A stretch of DNA of 64,000 nucleotides from Bacillota bacterium (lineage in GTDB: Bacteria > Bacillota > Desulfotomaculia > Desulfotomaculales > Ammonificaceae). This document shows positions 16,573 through 25,822 of this stretch, piece after piece. The notes beneath the pieces were generated by a model. That model was not told the DNA's origin, ran no database searches, and saw nothing but the letters and a program-made list of their open reading frames with translations. Position numbers and translations under genes: made by a program. Location: assembly GCA_040755195.1 (NCBI GenBank), contig JBFMBL010000011.1, positions 5,754 to 69,753 on the forward strand. Direction: 5' to 3'. Numbering within the stretch: the first letter of the stretch is position 1; every line of letters starts with the position of its first letter.

Positions 16573-18075
16573 ATGATTCAGGGGACGGCTTCGCACGTGG
16601 GCAAGAGTATACTGGCGACGGCCTTCTGCAGGATCTTCAAGCAGGACGGTTACCGGGTGGCGCCGTTCAAGGCGCAGAATATGGCCTTGAATGCCTATGT
16701 CACCGGTGACGGTGGGGAGATCGGCCGGGCTCAGGGGGTGCAGGCGGAAGCGTCGGGGGTTGCGGCAACAGTGGACATGAACCCTGTACTCCTGAAACCC
16801 AAACGAGATACAGTGGCCCAGGTGATTGTGCATGGACGGCCGGTCGGAGATTTTTCGGCCCGGGATTACCGGGAGGACTACTTGGAGAAGGCATGGAAGG
16901 TCGTGACGGAAAGCTTTGCGCGCCTCGCGGCGGAATACGAAATCATTGTTATCGAAGGAGCCGGCAGCCCGGCCGAAGTCAACCTGCGGGATAGAGACAT
17001 CGCCAATATGCGGGCGGCGGCGCTTGCCGATGCCCCGGTTATCCTGGTGGCGGACATTGACCGGGGGGGCGTATTCGCCCAACTTGTGGGGACAATTCAA
17101 CTTCTCCCCCCGGATGAGGCGGCGCGCGTCAGTGGCTTCGTTATTAACAAGTTCCGCGGCGATTCAAGCATTCTGGAGCCGGGCTTGCGCTTCCTGGAGG
17201 AAAACACCGGGCGGCCGGTGCTCGGGGTGCTTCCGTACCTTCCGGATCTGGGGGTGGCGGCGGAAGATTCGGTAAGCTTAAATGACGGGGTCGTACGTCC
17301 CAGCACTCACGTCCGTGAGTGCTGGGCGCTGGATATCGCGGTTGTGCGGCTGCCGCGGATCGCTAATTTTGACGATTTTGACCCGCTGCTGCTGGAACCG
17401 GATGTTTCGCTGCGCTTTGTCACCCACCCGGCGCTCCTGGGCATTCCGGATTTAGTCATTCTCCCCGGAACCAAGAATACAGTGGCCGACCTTCACTGGC
17501 TCTATGCAACCGGTTGGGCGGATGTCATCTCGCAAAGGGCGGGTTGCGGAACGCCGGTCCTAGGCGTCTGCGGCGGGTATCAGATGTTGGGGAAAGAGAT
17601 CAGAGACCCGGAGGGAAGCGAAGATAAGGCCGGAACCTTTTCCGGACTCGGGCTTCTCGACGTGGCTACGGTTTTCCTTCCGGAGAAAGTAACGGCACGT
17701 GTCCGCGGCGCGGTAACGGGAGCAGGAATGCTGGCGGAATTGAAGGGCGAAGAAGTGAACGGGTACGAGATTCACGCCGGCAAAACTGTTCCGGGAGCAG
17801 AGGCGGAACCGGCTTTTGTTTTGAAGCGAAGTCACGGTGAAACAACCGAGGGATCGATCCAGGGGGCGGTCTGGGGGACGTACCTTCACGGCCTTTTTGA
17901 AGCGGACGGGTTTCGCCGGGGGTTTCTAAATCTTTTGCGAAAGCGGCGGGGCTTGGCCCCCGAAGATTTTGGGATATCTTTTATTCGGTGTAAGGAGGCA
18001 AGTTTCGACCGGGTGGCGGCGACGGTGCGGGAACATTTGCGCCTGGATGAGGTTTACAGTTGGCTGAATCTTTAG
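16573..18075 (+). CDS. cobQ: Cobyric acid synthase CobQ/CbiP
   Basis: MIQGTASHVGKS P-loop-like N-terminus and C-terminal glutamine amidotransferase (GVCGGYQMLG). The true start may lie upstream of the first ATG. Confidence 0.9.
   Translation: MIQGTASHVGKSILATAFCRIFKQDGYRVAPFKAQNMALNAYVTGDGGEIGRAQGVQAEASGVAATVDMNPVLLKPKRDTVAQVIVHGRPVGDFSARDYREDYLEKAWKVVTESFARLAAEYEIIVIEGAGSPAEVNLRDRDIANMRAAALADAPVILVADIDRGGVFAQLVGTIQLLPPDEAARVSGFVINKFRGDSSILEPGLRFLEENTGRPVLGVLPYLPDLGVAAEDSVSLNDGVVRPSTHVRECWALDIAVVRLPRIANFDDFDPLLLEPDVSLRFVTHPALLGIPDLVILPGTKNTVADLHWLYATGWADVISQRAGCGTPVLGVCGGYQMLGKEIRDPEGSEDKAGTFSGLGLLDVATVFLPEKVTARVRGAVTGAGMLAELKGEEVNGYEIHAGKTVPGAEAEPAFVLKRSHGETTEGSIQGAVWGTYLHGLFEADGFRRGFLNLLRKRRGLAPEDFGISFIRCKEASFDRVAATVREHLRLDEVYSWLNL
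17299..17326. repeat. Minimal family C palindrome inside the cobQ coding sequence
   Basis: CCCAGCACTCAC-GTCC-GTGAGTGCTGGG. It encodes PSTHVRECW in the inter-domain linker of CobQ. Confidence 0.7.
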
Positions 18076-18113
18076 AGTCTTTGACGTCAAGATCCACGCA
18101 AGATGGCAAGAAG

Positions 18114-18347
18114 AATTAACCACAGAGACACAGAGAACACGGAGAGGAAAAACGGAAATATGGGTATTTATTTTATTTCTAAATCATGAAATTTCTGTTC
18201 TCTGTGAACTCTATGCCTCTGTGGTGACCCAGCACTCAACTTGCTGATCTTAAGACGTGGCGTTCTAAGTTCGTATTATGTACGATGTTACAAAGTAGTT
18301 TTAACGTGTCGTTGAGTGCTGGGTGGTTCCGGCTTGTCCGGGTTAGG
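18114..18347 (+). repeat. Family B intercistronic inverted-repeat element, copy 1 (carries a nested family C module)
   Basis: AATTAACCACAGAGACACAGAGAACA ... TGTTCTCTGTGAACTCTATGCCTCTGTGGTGA ... GGTTCCGGCTTGTCCGGGTTAGG. Homologous to 38450-38727 and 40264-40408. Confidence 0.7.
18228..18323. repeat. Family C hairpin module (96 bp) nested in family B copy 1
   Basis: Arms CCCAGCACTCAAC and GTTGAGTGCTGGG. It replaces the AATATTTT segment present in the other two family B copies. Confidence 0.7.
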
Positions 18348-18401
18348 ATGTCCTTCGAGAGTGAAGGGTTTTAACATCTTGTTCTGAAACAGGGGATTTT
18401 T

Positions 18402-19790
18402 ATGCGGCGGGTGATAATTGCCGGGGCCTCAAGCGGCGCCGGAAAAACGACTGTGGCCGTGGGCCTGATGGCGTCGTTAGCGGCGCAGGGGTTCACGGTC
18501 CAGGGCTTTAAGGCGGGACCTGACTACATCGATCCTGGTTTTCACATGGCGGCCACCGGGCGGCTTTCCCGCAACCTGGATACCTGGATGCTTTCGCCCG
18601 ATGCGGTGCGGGAGGTTTTCCTGCGGGGGTGCCGCGGGGCGGACATGGCTGTGGTTGAGGGGGTGATGGGCCTTTACGACGGGCTGGGGTCGGATAACGA
18701 GTTGGGGAGCACGGCGTACCTGGCCAAGGTCCTCCGGACGCCGGTAATTCTGGTGTTGGACGTTCGGGGAATGGCGGCTTCGGCGGCGGCGGTAGTGCTC
18801 GGCTTTAAGGAATACGATCCGGAGGTTACGCTGGCGGGGATCATCCTCTCTTTTGCCGGGAGCGAATCCCACTGCTCCTTGGTGCGGGAGGCGATAGAGG
18901 AGAAGACGGGCGTACCGGTTTTGGGGTGTCTGGTGCGTGATTCAACGCTGGCGTTGCCCGAACGACACCTGGGCCTGGTTCCGGTACATGAAACGGCGGG
19001 GGTGCGGGAGCAAATCAGTCGGTTGGCGGCAGCGGTTACCGCCGCAGTGAACCTCGACGCGGTGCTGCGAGTGACTGAGACGGCTGAACAGATGCCTGCG
19101 CCGGCGCAGACTGTTTTTCCGGCAGATCCGCAACTTCCCCGGGTGCGGCTCGCGGTTGCCCGTGATGCAGCTTTTAGTTTTTACTATCCGGAGAACCTGG
19201 ATCTCCTGGAAACGTATGGCGCAGAACTTGCCTTTTTCAGCCCCCTGGCCGACGGCGCCCTGCCACCCGGTACAGCCGGACTTTACCTCGGCGGCGGGTT
19301 CCCGGAGGTCTATGCCGCAGAACTCGCGGCTAATGTGAATTTGCGCTGTGCGATAAAGGAAGCGGTAGAGGCGGGGATGCCGGTACTGGCCGAGTGCGGT
19401 GGGCTGATGTATCTGAGTAAGGCTATCACATGCGACGGCGGATCTTGGGCGATGGCAGGGGTGCTGCCGGCAGAGGTGACGCTCACGCGAAAGCTCCAGC
19501 GCCTGGGATACGTGACGGCTGAGGCCCTGACGGATACCTGTCTTTTGCGGCGGGGAGAAACACTGCGGGGGCACGTCTTTCACTACTCTGCTCTTGCCTG
19601 GCGGGAAACGCCGCTTCCCGCCGCATACCGTTTTCGCTTTCACCGGGGAAGGTTACAGGAAGACGGCGCGGTTTACAAAAACGTGGTGGCTTCGTACCTG
19701 CACACGCACTTCATGAACCGGCCCGGGGCAGCGGCACGTTTTGTTGATTTTTGTGATTCACGCGCGAAAGACACGGGCAAACGACTTTGA
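18402..19790 (+). CDS. cbiA: Cobyrinate a,c-diamide synthase CbiA
   Basis: MRRVIIAGASSGAGKTT and a C-terminal amidotransferase domain (ECGGLMYL). Confidence 0.9.
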   Translation: MRRVIIAGASSGAGKTTVAVGLMASLAAQGFTVQGFKAGPDYIDPGFHMAATGRLSRNLDTWMLSPDAVREVFLRGCRGADMAVVEGVMGLYDGLGSDNELGSTAYLAKVLRTPVILVLDVRGMAASAAAVVLGFKEYDPEVTLAGIILSFAGSESHCSLVREAIEEKTGVPVLGCLVRDSTLALPERHLGLVPVHETAGVREQISRLAAAVTAAVNLDAVLRVTETAEQMPAPAQTVFPADPQLPRVRLAVARDAAFSFYYPENLDLLETYGAELAFFSPLADGALPPGTAGLYLGGGFPEVYAAELAANVNLRCAIKEAVEAGMPVLAECGGLMYLSKAITCDGGSWAMAGVLPAEVTLTRKLQRLGYVTAEALTDTCLLRRGETLRGHVFHYSALAWRETPLPAAYRFRFHRGRLQEDGAVYKNVVASYLHTHFMNRPGAAARFVDFCDSRAKDTGKRL

Positions 19791-19873
19791 ATCAGGATAG
19801 TATCTCGCCAAAAAGTTGCTGATCGTTTACAGAGGAGTCCTCCATGCCGCTAATAGCGGCACCACGAAATCTT

Positions 19874-20088
19874 GAAAATGGGTCGACCCGTAAGCTTGTT
19901 ACTTAGAAGCAGTAATGTAACAAAGGCGGAACGCCGTGAGAAGTGACGCAGTGCAAGGCAGACCGTCGGAGGCGAACCGGAGCGTACTGGGAGGTACGTG
20001 AGGATTCGGCTCGGGCGGTCTAACGCAGCAATGCGTTGCTTATCGCGGCGCCCACCGAAAGAAGTACTATCTATTTTCGAGGGAGGGG
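19874..20088 (+). repeat. Family A structured repeat, cob-type copy 3
   Basis: Core CGGAACGCCGTGAGAAGT...GCTTATCGCGGCGCCC. Its 3' GAGGGAGGGG serves as the Shine-Dalgarno sequence for cobT. Confidence 0.7.
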
Positions 20089-20092
20089 TTTT

Positions 20093-21157
20093 ATGCTTTT
20101 AGCTCAAACTGTAGCCTGTATCGGCGAACTCGACCGGGAGGCAATGGCCCGGGCGCAAACGCGGATGGATAGCCTTTTGAAACCTCCCGGGAGCTTAGGG
20201 CGGTTGGAGGAAATAGCGGTGAAGCTTGCCGGGATTACCGGGAAGCCTTTTCCGGTAATTAAAAAAAAGAGCGTAATCGTAATGGCGGGTGATCACGGCG
20301 TTGTGGCGGAAGGGGTGAGTGCGGCGCCCCAGGAGATCACTTATCAGATACTCCCGCGATTCGTTGACGGCACCGGAGGAATCGGTGTTTTGGCGCGTCA
20401 CGCCGGAGCCCGGGTGGTGGTGGTGGATATCGGCGTGGCACGACCGGTGGACCGGCCGGGGGTAATAGTGCGGAAAATCCGCGCCGGTACAGGGAATATC
20501 GCCCGCGGGCCCGCAATGACCCGGGAAGAAGCAGCGCAGGCGGTCAGCGTAGGGATTGAACTGTCCCAGGCGGAAATTCAAGATGGAGTAGACCTTATCG
20601 CGACCGGGGATATGGGTATCGGCAATACTACGCCTTCAAGCGCGATCTTATGTGTTATAGCCGGTATTCCAGTGGATGAAGCGGTGGGCCGAGGAACAAT
20701 GGTGAACGATGAGGTGCTGGAGCGGAAGCGCCGGGTGGTGGCCCAAGCTATGAGCGTCAATCAGCCGGATCCAACCGATCCCCTCGATGTCCTGGCTAAG
20801 GTCGGGGGGCTGGAGATCGCCGGCCTTGCCGGGGTTATTCTGGGCGCGGCGGCGCAGCGGGTCCCTGTGCTGCTCGATGGATTCATCACCGGAGCGGCGG
20901 CGCTGATTGCCGCCGGTTTGTGCCCCCGGGCCAGGGAGTTCATGCTGGCCTCGCACCTTTCCGAAGAGCGGGCGCACAGGCACATGCTGACGGCGCTGGG
21001 ACTTAAGCCTTTGCTGGATTTCAATCTCCGGCTTGGGGAAGGCACGGGGGCGGCGCTGGCAATGCCGGTGGTGGAAGCATCGGTAAAGGTCCTCAAGGAG
21101 ATGGCTACTTTCGGTGAAGCCGAAGTGAGCGATATGGACAGGGAGAAGTTGCTGTAA
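20093..21157 (+). CDS. cobT: Nicotinate-nucleotide--dimethylbenzimidazole phosphoribosyltransferase CobT
   Basis: ATG 20093, 5 nt after GAGGGAGGGG. LLKPPGSLGRLEE and GEGTGAA motifs. Confidence 0.9.
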   Translation: MLLAQTVACIGELDREAMARAQTRMDSLLKPPGSLGRLEEIAVKLAGITGKPFPVIKKKSVIVMAGDHGVVAEGVSAAPQEITYQILPRFVDGTGGIGVLARHAGARVVVVDIGVARPVDRPGVIVRKIRAGTGNIARGPAMTREEAAQAVSVGIELSQAEIQDGVDLIATGDMGIGNTTPSSAILCVIAGIPVDEAVGRGTMVNDEVLERKRRVVAQAMSVNQPDPTDPLDVLAKVGGLEIAGLAGVILGAAAQRVPVLLDGFITGAAALIAAGLCPRAREFMLASHLSEERAHRHMLTALGLKPLLDFNLRLGEGTGAALAMPVVEASVKVLKEMATFGEAEVSDMDREKLL

Positions 21158-21207
21158 AAAAACCCGAAAGGTGGACGGAAAAGGAGCGGTGCGTTATGCG
21201 GTGTGTT

Positions 21208-22158
21208 ATGAAGAAGATACCGGTTCTGTTAGTGGCGCTTGTTTTGCTTGCCGGTGTTACCGGTTGTGGGCGGCAGTCGATCGGGGAAAAGATGCGGTCG
21301 AGCGGTGATCATCGGGAGAATACGGCTTTGGTCACCTTGACCGATAGCTTAAACCGTACGGTGACGATTAAAAAAAGACCGGAGCGCATCGTTTCCCTTG
21401 CGCCAAGTAACACTGAAATTCTGTTTGCCCTCGGTCTGGGCGATAAGGTTGTGGGGGTTACCAAGTATTGTGATTTTCCGGCGGAAGCCGGGAAAAAGCC
21501 GCAAATCGGTGGCTTTTCCGATCCGAACCTGGAGAAGATCCTGGCTTGCCGGCCGGATTTGGTTTTGGCTACCGAAAAGCACCAGGAAATGATAGCTGCC
21601 TTGGAGAAGCAGGGTATTGACGTCCTGGTGGTGTCGCCTAAGACAGTGGCAAGTGTTTTAGAAAACATCAAGATGGTGGGGAAGGCCACGGACGCGGGTG
21701 CGGCTGCCGATACTGTAGTGAGTGGTTTGCAGAAAAGGATCGATGCCGTTACCGCTAAAGTTCAACCTGTTCCGGCAAATAAGCGGCCCAAGGTTTTTTA
21801 CGAACTCTGGCATGAGCCTTTGATGACCGCGGGACCGGGAACATTTATTGACGATCTCATTAAACTGGCCGGTGGAGTCAATGCGGCAGCCGATGCCGGT
21901 AAAGGGTACCCGGAATACAGCCTGGAAATGCTGCTGGCCAAAAACCCCGATGTCCTGATTAACTCTTACGGGCACGGGAAGGGAAATCCGACAAAAGAAG
22001 ATATAAAGGCGCGTAAGGGATGGGGTGCCCTCAACTGTGTTAAGAACGACCGGATTTACACTGTTAACGCCGACCTGGTAAATCGCTCCGGGCCGCGTAT
22101 TGTTGAAGGCCTTGAGGCTTTTGCCGGGGCGATTCACCCGGAACTTTTCAATCAGTAG
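21208..22158 (+). CDS. Lipoprotein substrate-binding protein of a BtuF/FecB-type (corrinoid or iron-chelate) ABC importer
   Basis: ATG 21208, lipobox LLAGVTGC, class III binding-protein sequence (IVSLAPSNTEILFALGL). Confidence 0.8.
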   Translation: MKKIPVLLVALVLLAGVTGCGRQSIGEKMRSSGDHRENTALVTLTDSLNRTVTIKKRPERIVSLAPSNTEILFALGLGDKVVGVTKYCDFPAEAGKKPQIGGFSDPNLEKILACRPDLVLATEKHQEMIAALEKQGIDVLVVSPKTVASVLENIKMVGKATDAGAAADTVVSGLQKRIDAVTAKVQPVPANKRPKVFYELWHEPLMTAGPGTFIDDLIKLAGGVNAAADAGKGYPEYSLEMLLAKNPDVLINSYGHGKGNPTKEDIKARKGWGALNCVKNDRIYTVNADLVNRSGPRIVEGLEAFAGAIHPELFNQ

Positions 22159-22168
22159 GAAGCGAACG

Positions 22169-23203
22169 GTGGAACAGATAAACCGGAAGATACCGGTGGT
22201 ACTTCTGGCAGTAATCCTGGCCATAACGATTGTTGCAGCTACCGGCGCCGGGGCGGTGGCCATTCCGGCGAAGGAGATCATTACCGTCTTGGTAAGAAAG
22301 CTTCCCCTGGTTGGTAACCATGTAGATCCCTCCGCCCCACCGGTGCATGAGACCATCATTATGGTGGTCAGGCTCCCCCGCGTGGTGTTGGCGGCGTTCG
22401 TCGGGGCGGCGTTATCCGCCGCCGGGGTAGTACTCCAGGCGCTTTTTCGCAATCCGCTTGCCGATCCATACCTAATCGGAGCGTCTTCAGGAGCGGCGTT
22501 GGGAGGCTGTCTGTCTATATTGATCTACCCTGGCTTTCTTACGGGGGATTTTGGGGCCCTGCCTGTTTTGGCCTTCGGCGGAGCGCTTGGCGCTATGGCA
22601 ATTGTTTTCGGCCTGGCCCGGATCGGGAACAGGGTAGCCATTGGCGCGCTGATCCTCGCCGGGATTGCAGTAGGTTCTTTTCTGAGCGCCGTCGTCTCAT
22701 TGCTCATTTTCACCAGCGGTGACCGGCTTCATCCGTTGGTTTACTGGCTGATGGGAAGTTTCTCCGCTCGCAATTGGGGCCACGTGACGATGGCCCTACC
22801 TTACATTACCGTTGCGCTTGTCGTGCTGCTCCTGTTTACCCGAGAACTGAACGCCCTGTTGCTGGGTGAAGAAAGCGCCCGGTACCTTGGCGTTGAGGTC
22901 GAAACGGTAAAAAAGCTGCTGCTGGCCGCCGCCACGCTCTTAACGGCTGCATCTGTGGCTGCCGCGGGGCCCATTGGTTTTGTGGGGCTCGTCGTCCCAC
23001 ACATAATGCGGCTGTTCCTTGGACCGGACCACCGATTGCTCCTGCCGGGCGCTGTTTTGGCCGGGGCAGCCTTCCTGGTCGGTGCGGATCTTCTGGCGCG
23101 GCTGGTTATGGCTCCCGGCGAGATACCGGTGGGTATTGTTACGGCAGTTTGCGGCGGCCCGTTTTTCGCTTACCTTTTATGGCGTAGACGGATCGAAATC
23201 TAG
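22169..23203 (+). CDS. FecCD/BtuC-family ABC permease
   Basis: GTG 22169. Polytopic FecCD-like sequence, directly downstream of the binding protein. Confidence 0.8.
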   Translation: MEQINRKIPVVLLAVILAITIVAATGAGAVAIPAKEIITVLVRKLPLVGNHVDPSAPPVHETIIMVVRLPRVVLAAFVGAALSAAGVVLQALFRNPLADPYLIGASSGAALGGCLSILIYPGFLTGDFGALPVLAFGGALGAMAIVFGLARIGNRVAIGALILAGIAVGSFLSAVVSLLIFTSGDRLHPLVYWLMGSFSARNWGHVTMALPYITVALVVLLLFTRELNALLLGEESARYLGVEVETVKKLLLAAATLLTAASVAAAGPIGFVGLVVPHIMRLFLGPDHRLLLPGAVLAGAAFLVGADLLARLVMAPGEIPVGIVTAVCGGPFFAYLLWRRRIEI

Positions 23204-23214
23204 GGGGAAGGCAC

Positions 23215-23988
23215 TTGGCTTCTTTGGTGCTGGAAAACATCAGCTTCGGTTACCATGCGAAAGACATTATTACAGACATCAGCATCGAGATCCCCGCAGG
23301 CACACTTCTGGGCTTGATCGGACCGAACGGTGCAGGAAAGACCACTTTGCTGAAGATCATCGCCCGGTTGCTGCGTCCCGGAACCGGCCGGGTGATTCTG
23401 GACGGCTGCAACATCCATAAACTGAAACAAATTGAAGTGGCCCGCCGCGTGGCTGTTGTACCTCAGGATAACCAACTGGATTTTGCCTTTACCGTCGAGC
23501 AAGTGGTGTTAATGGGTCGTTACCCGCATCTCAACCGTTTGCAGCAGGAAGGGAAAGTGGACCTCGCTATTGCACACCGGGCGATGCAAGCCACGGCAAC
23601 CGACCATCTTGCCAAGCGGCCGGTGACGACTTTGAGCGGTGGTGAACGCCAACGGGTGGCCATTGCCCGTGCTTTGGTTCAGGAGCCGGAAATACTGCTG
23701 CTCGACGAACCTACGGCGCACCTCGATATCGCCCACCAGGCACAGACTATCGAGCTGGCTTACCGCCTCAACCGCGAACAAGGCCTTACCGTTATTGCTG
23801 CCCTGCACGACCTGAACCTTGCGGCGGCTTATCTGGACCGGTTGCTTCTCCTCGAGAACGGGCGCATCGCCGCTTTTGGCTCACCGGCTGCGGTGCTCAC
23901 CCCCGAAAAGATATGCGCCGCTTACGGCATTAACGTCCTTGTAACCCGGCACCCCCGGCGAAACTGTCCCCAGGTAATGCTGTTTTGA
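23215..23988 (+). CDS. BtuD/FepC-type ABC ATPase
   Basis: GPNGAGKTTLLK, LSGGERQR, LLLDEPT. Confidence 0.8.
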   Translation: MASLVLENISFGYHAKDIITDISIEIPAGTLLGLIGPNGAGKTTLLKIIARLLRPGTGRVILDGCNIHKLKQIEVARRVAVVPQDNQLDFAFTVEQVVLMGRYPHLNRLQQEGKVDLAIAHRAMQATATDHLAKRPVTTLSGGERQRVAIARALVQEPEILLLDEPTAHLDIAHQAQTIELAYRLNREQGLTVIAALHDLNLAAAYLDRLLLLENGRIAAFGSPAAVLTPEKICAAYGINVLVTRHPRRNCPQVMLF

Positions 23989-24040
23989 GGGGCGTTACGG
24001 GGAAAATTTGTTTAAATCAACGAAGTTTTGCAGCGGTCTC

Positions 24041-24577
24041 CTAAGGCTTTATGCGGAGGGGGATACCGCAAACCAAAAGGTAGACCATGTCCGCCGCGGC
24101 GGCAACCTGCTGATTCACACGACCCAAGATATCCCGGTAAAGCCTCCCTAAAGGATAAGCCGGTACGACGCCCATCCCCACTTCATTGGTTACCGCCACG
24201 CATGGTCCTTGCCGCTTGCTGATTTCGGTCAGGAAACCTTCCACGCGACCGTCAACCTCCGCCGGAGTAAGACCACCCGCAAGAAGATTGGCCACCCATA
24301 CCCCGATGCAGTCAACCAGTAATACCGCCTCTCGGGGCACCGTCAGGATCGCCCGTGACAGATCAAGGGGTTCTTCCACCGTCTCCCAACCTGCCGGACG
24401 CCGCGCCCGGTGTTCGGCTATACGCGCCCTCATCTCTTCGTCGGTCGCAACAGCCGTGGCCACGTAAACCACCCGGGGAGCTTTGCTGATCAACGACTCC
24501 GCAAAAGTACTCTTGCCGCTGCGGACACCCCCGGTTACCATGAAGATTTTCCCGTGATCGGCATCCCGAGCCTCCAT
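24041..24577 (-). CDS. cobU: Adenosylcobinamide kinase / adenosylcobinamide-phosphate guanylyltransferase CobU
   Basis: P-loop VTGGVRSGKSTFAE. Size and context fit. Confidence 0.85.
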   Translation of the reverse strand: MEARDADHGKIFMVTGGVRSGKSTFAESLISKAPRVVYVATAVATDEEMRARIAEHRARRPAGWETVEEPLDLSRAILTVPREAVLLVDCIGVWVANLLAGGLTPAEVDGRVEGFLTEISKRQGPCVAVTNEVGMGVVPAYPLGRLYRDILGRVNQQVAAAADMVYLLVCGIPLRIKP

Positions 24578-24669
24578 CCTGTACCCAACCTTTCTTCAAC
24601 AATTTCCGCCACGAAGGTAAACAGTATAAGGTACAAACCTTCGTTCGCTAAGAATCCATCACTTTTTTA

Positions 24670-25785
24670 TCAATAACCTTGTGCCAATACCGCACGTAAA
24701 CCTTCAACCAAACAACGGTTTTCCGCACGAAGGCGTACCGCTATTCGGATGTACCAATCCTCTAAACCGGCGAAATTACTTACATCACGAACCAAAATCC
24801 GCTTCTCCGCCAACCGGCGAGTTATCGCGCCCGTTCTCAGTCCTGTGCTATGGATATCGACAAGCAGAAAATTGGCTGTTCCGGGTATTACACGGACACC
24901 GGGCAAATCATTGAGCGCCTTTTTTAAAAACTCCCGCTCCGCAGCGACGACCCGTCTCGACTTATCAATGTATTCCCCGTCAGCGACGGCCGCTGCGCCC
25001 GCAACCTGCGCCAGTGTGTTAACATTCCAAGGCGGAACCACGGCCTTGATCTTCGCCAGGACTGCCGGGGCCGCCACCAACACGCCGAGGCGCAACCCGG
25101 CTAACCCGAAAAACTTGGTCAGGGAGTACAAAATCATTACATGATGATACCGGTGAAGAAAACCGATCGCCGTCAACGCTTCCCTCTCCGGCAGAAAATC
25201 CAGGAAGGCTTCGTCAACCACCAAAAACGCGCCGGCCCGCGCCGATTCCCTAACCAGTGCAGCCAATTCTTCATGCGGAACCACGTGTCCGGTGGGATTA
25301 TTAGGATGGCACAGAAACAGCGCATTCGCTCCTGGAAGAATCGCCGTCAGTCTCGGAAGACTAATCCTAAAGTCTTCCCCCGGTAGTAAAGGCGTAGTGT
25401 ACACCTTTCCTCCCCAGGCCGTCACACTACCCGCGTACTCTGAAAAGGTGGGTACCGGAATTACCGCCCGTTTAATTCCAAGCGCCGCCACCAACAGGTT
25501 AATCAGTTCCGCCGTGCCGTTTCCAGGCAAAAGCCACTCCGCCGGCGCCCCAAGATAATCCGCCAGCGCCCCCTTGAGCGCCCGGCAATCAGGGTCAGGG
25601 TACCGCCAGAGCCGGTCGAGCGCCGCTTTTACGGCTTCCAAAGCGCACGCCGAAGGACCCAGCGGATTGATGTTGCTGCTGAAATCCAGATATTCTTCCG
25701 GTTTTCCGCCAAATTCCCGGCATGCCTGCCAGACGTTTCCTCCATGAAGCGGTTTAGGGTATGAACAATTTTCTCCCGGAAACAT
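24670..25785 (-). CDS. cobD: L-threonine-O-3-phosphate decarboxylase CobD (aminotransferase class I/II fold)
   Basis: HGGN...SSNINPLGP N-terminus. Located between cobU and cobS. Confidence 0.8.
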   Translation of the reverse strand: MFPGENCSYPKPLHGGNVWQACREFGGKPEEYLDFSSNINPLGPSACALEAVKAALDRLWRYPDPDCRALKGALADYLGAPAEWLLPGNGTAELINLLVAALGIKRAVIPVPTFSEYAGSVTAWGGKVYTTPLLPGEDFRISLPRLTAILPGANALFLCHPNNPTGHVVPHEELAALVRESARAGAFLVVDEAFLDFLPEREALTAIGFLHRYHHVMILYSLTKFFGLAGLRLGVLVAAPAVLAKIKAVVPPWNVNTLAQVAGAAAVADGEYIDKSRRVVAAEREFLKKALNDLPGVRVIPGTANFLLVDIHSTGLRTGAITRRLAEKRILVRDVSNFAGLEDWYIRIAVRLRAENRCLVEGLRAVLAQGY

Positions 25786-25822
25786 AATAACCTCTTTTAT
25801 GTAGTATTGAAAAAAACATTCC

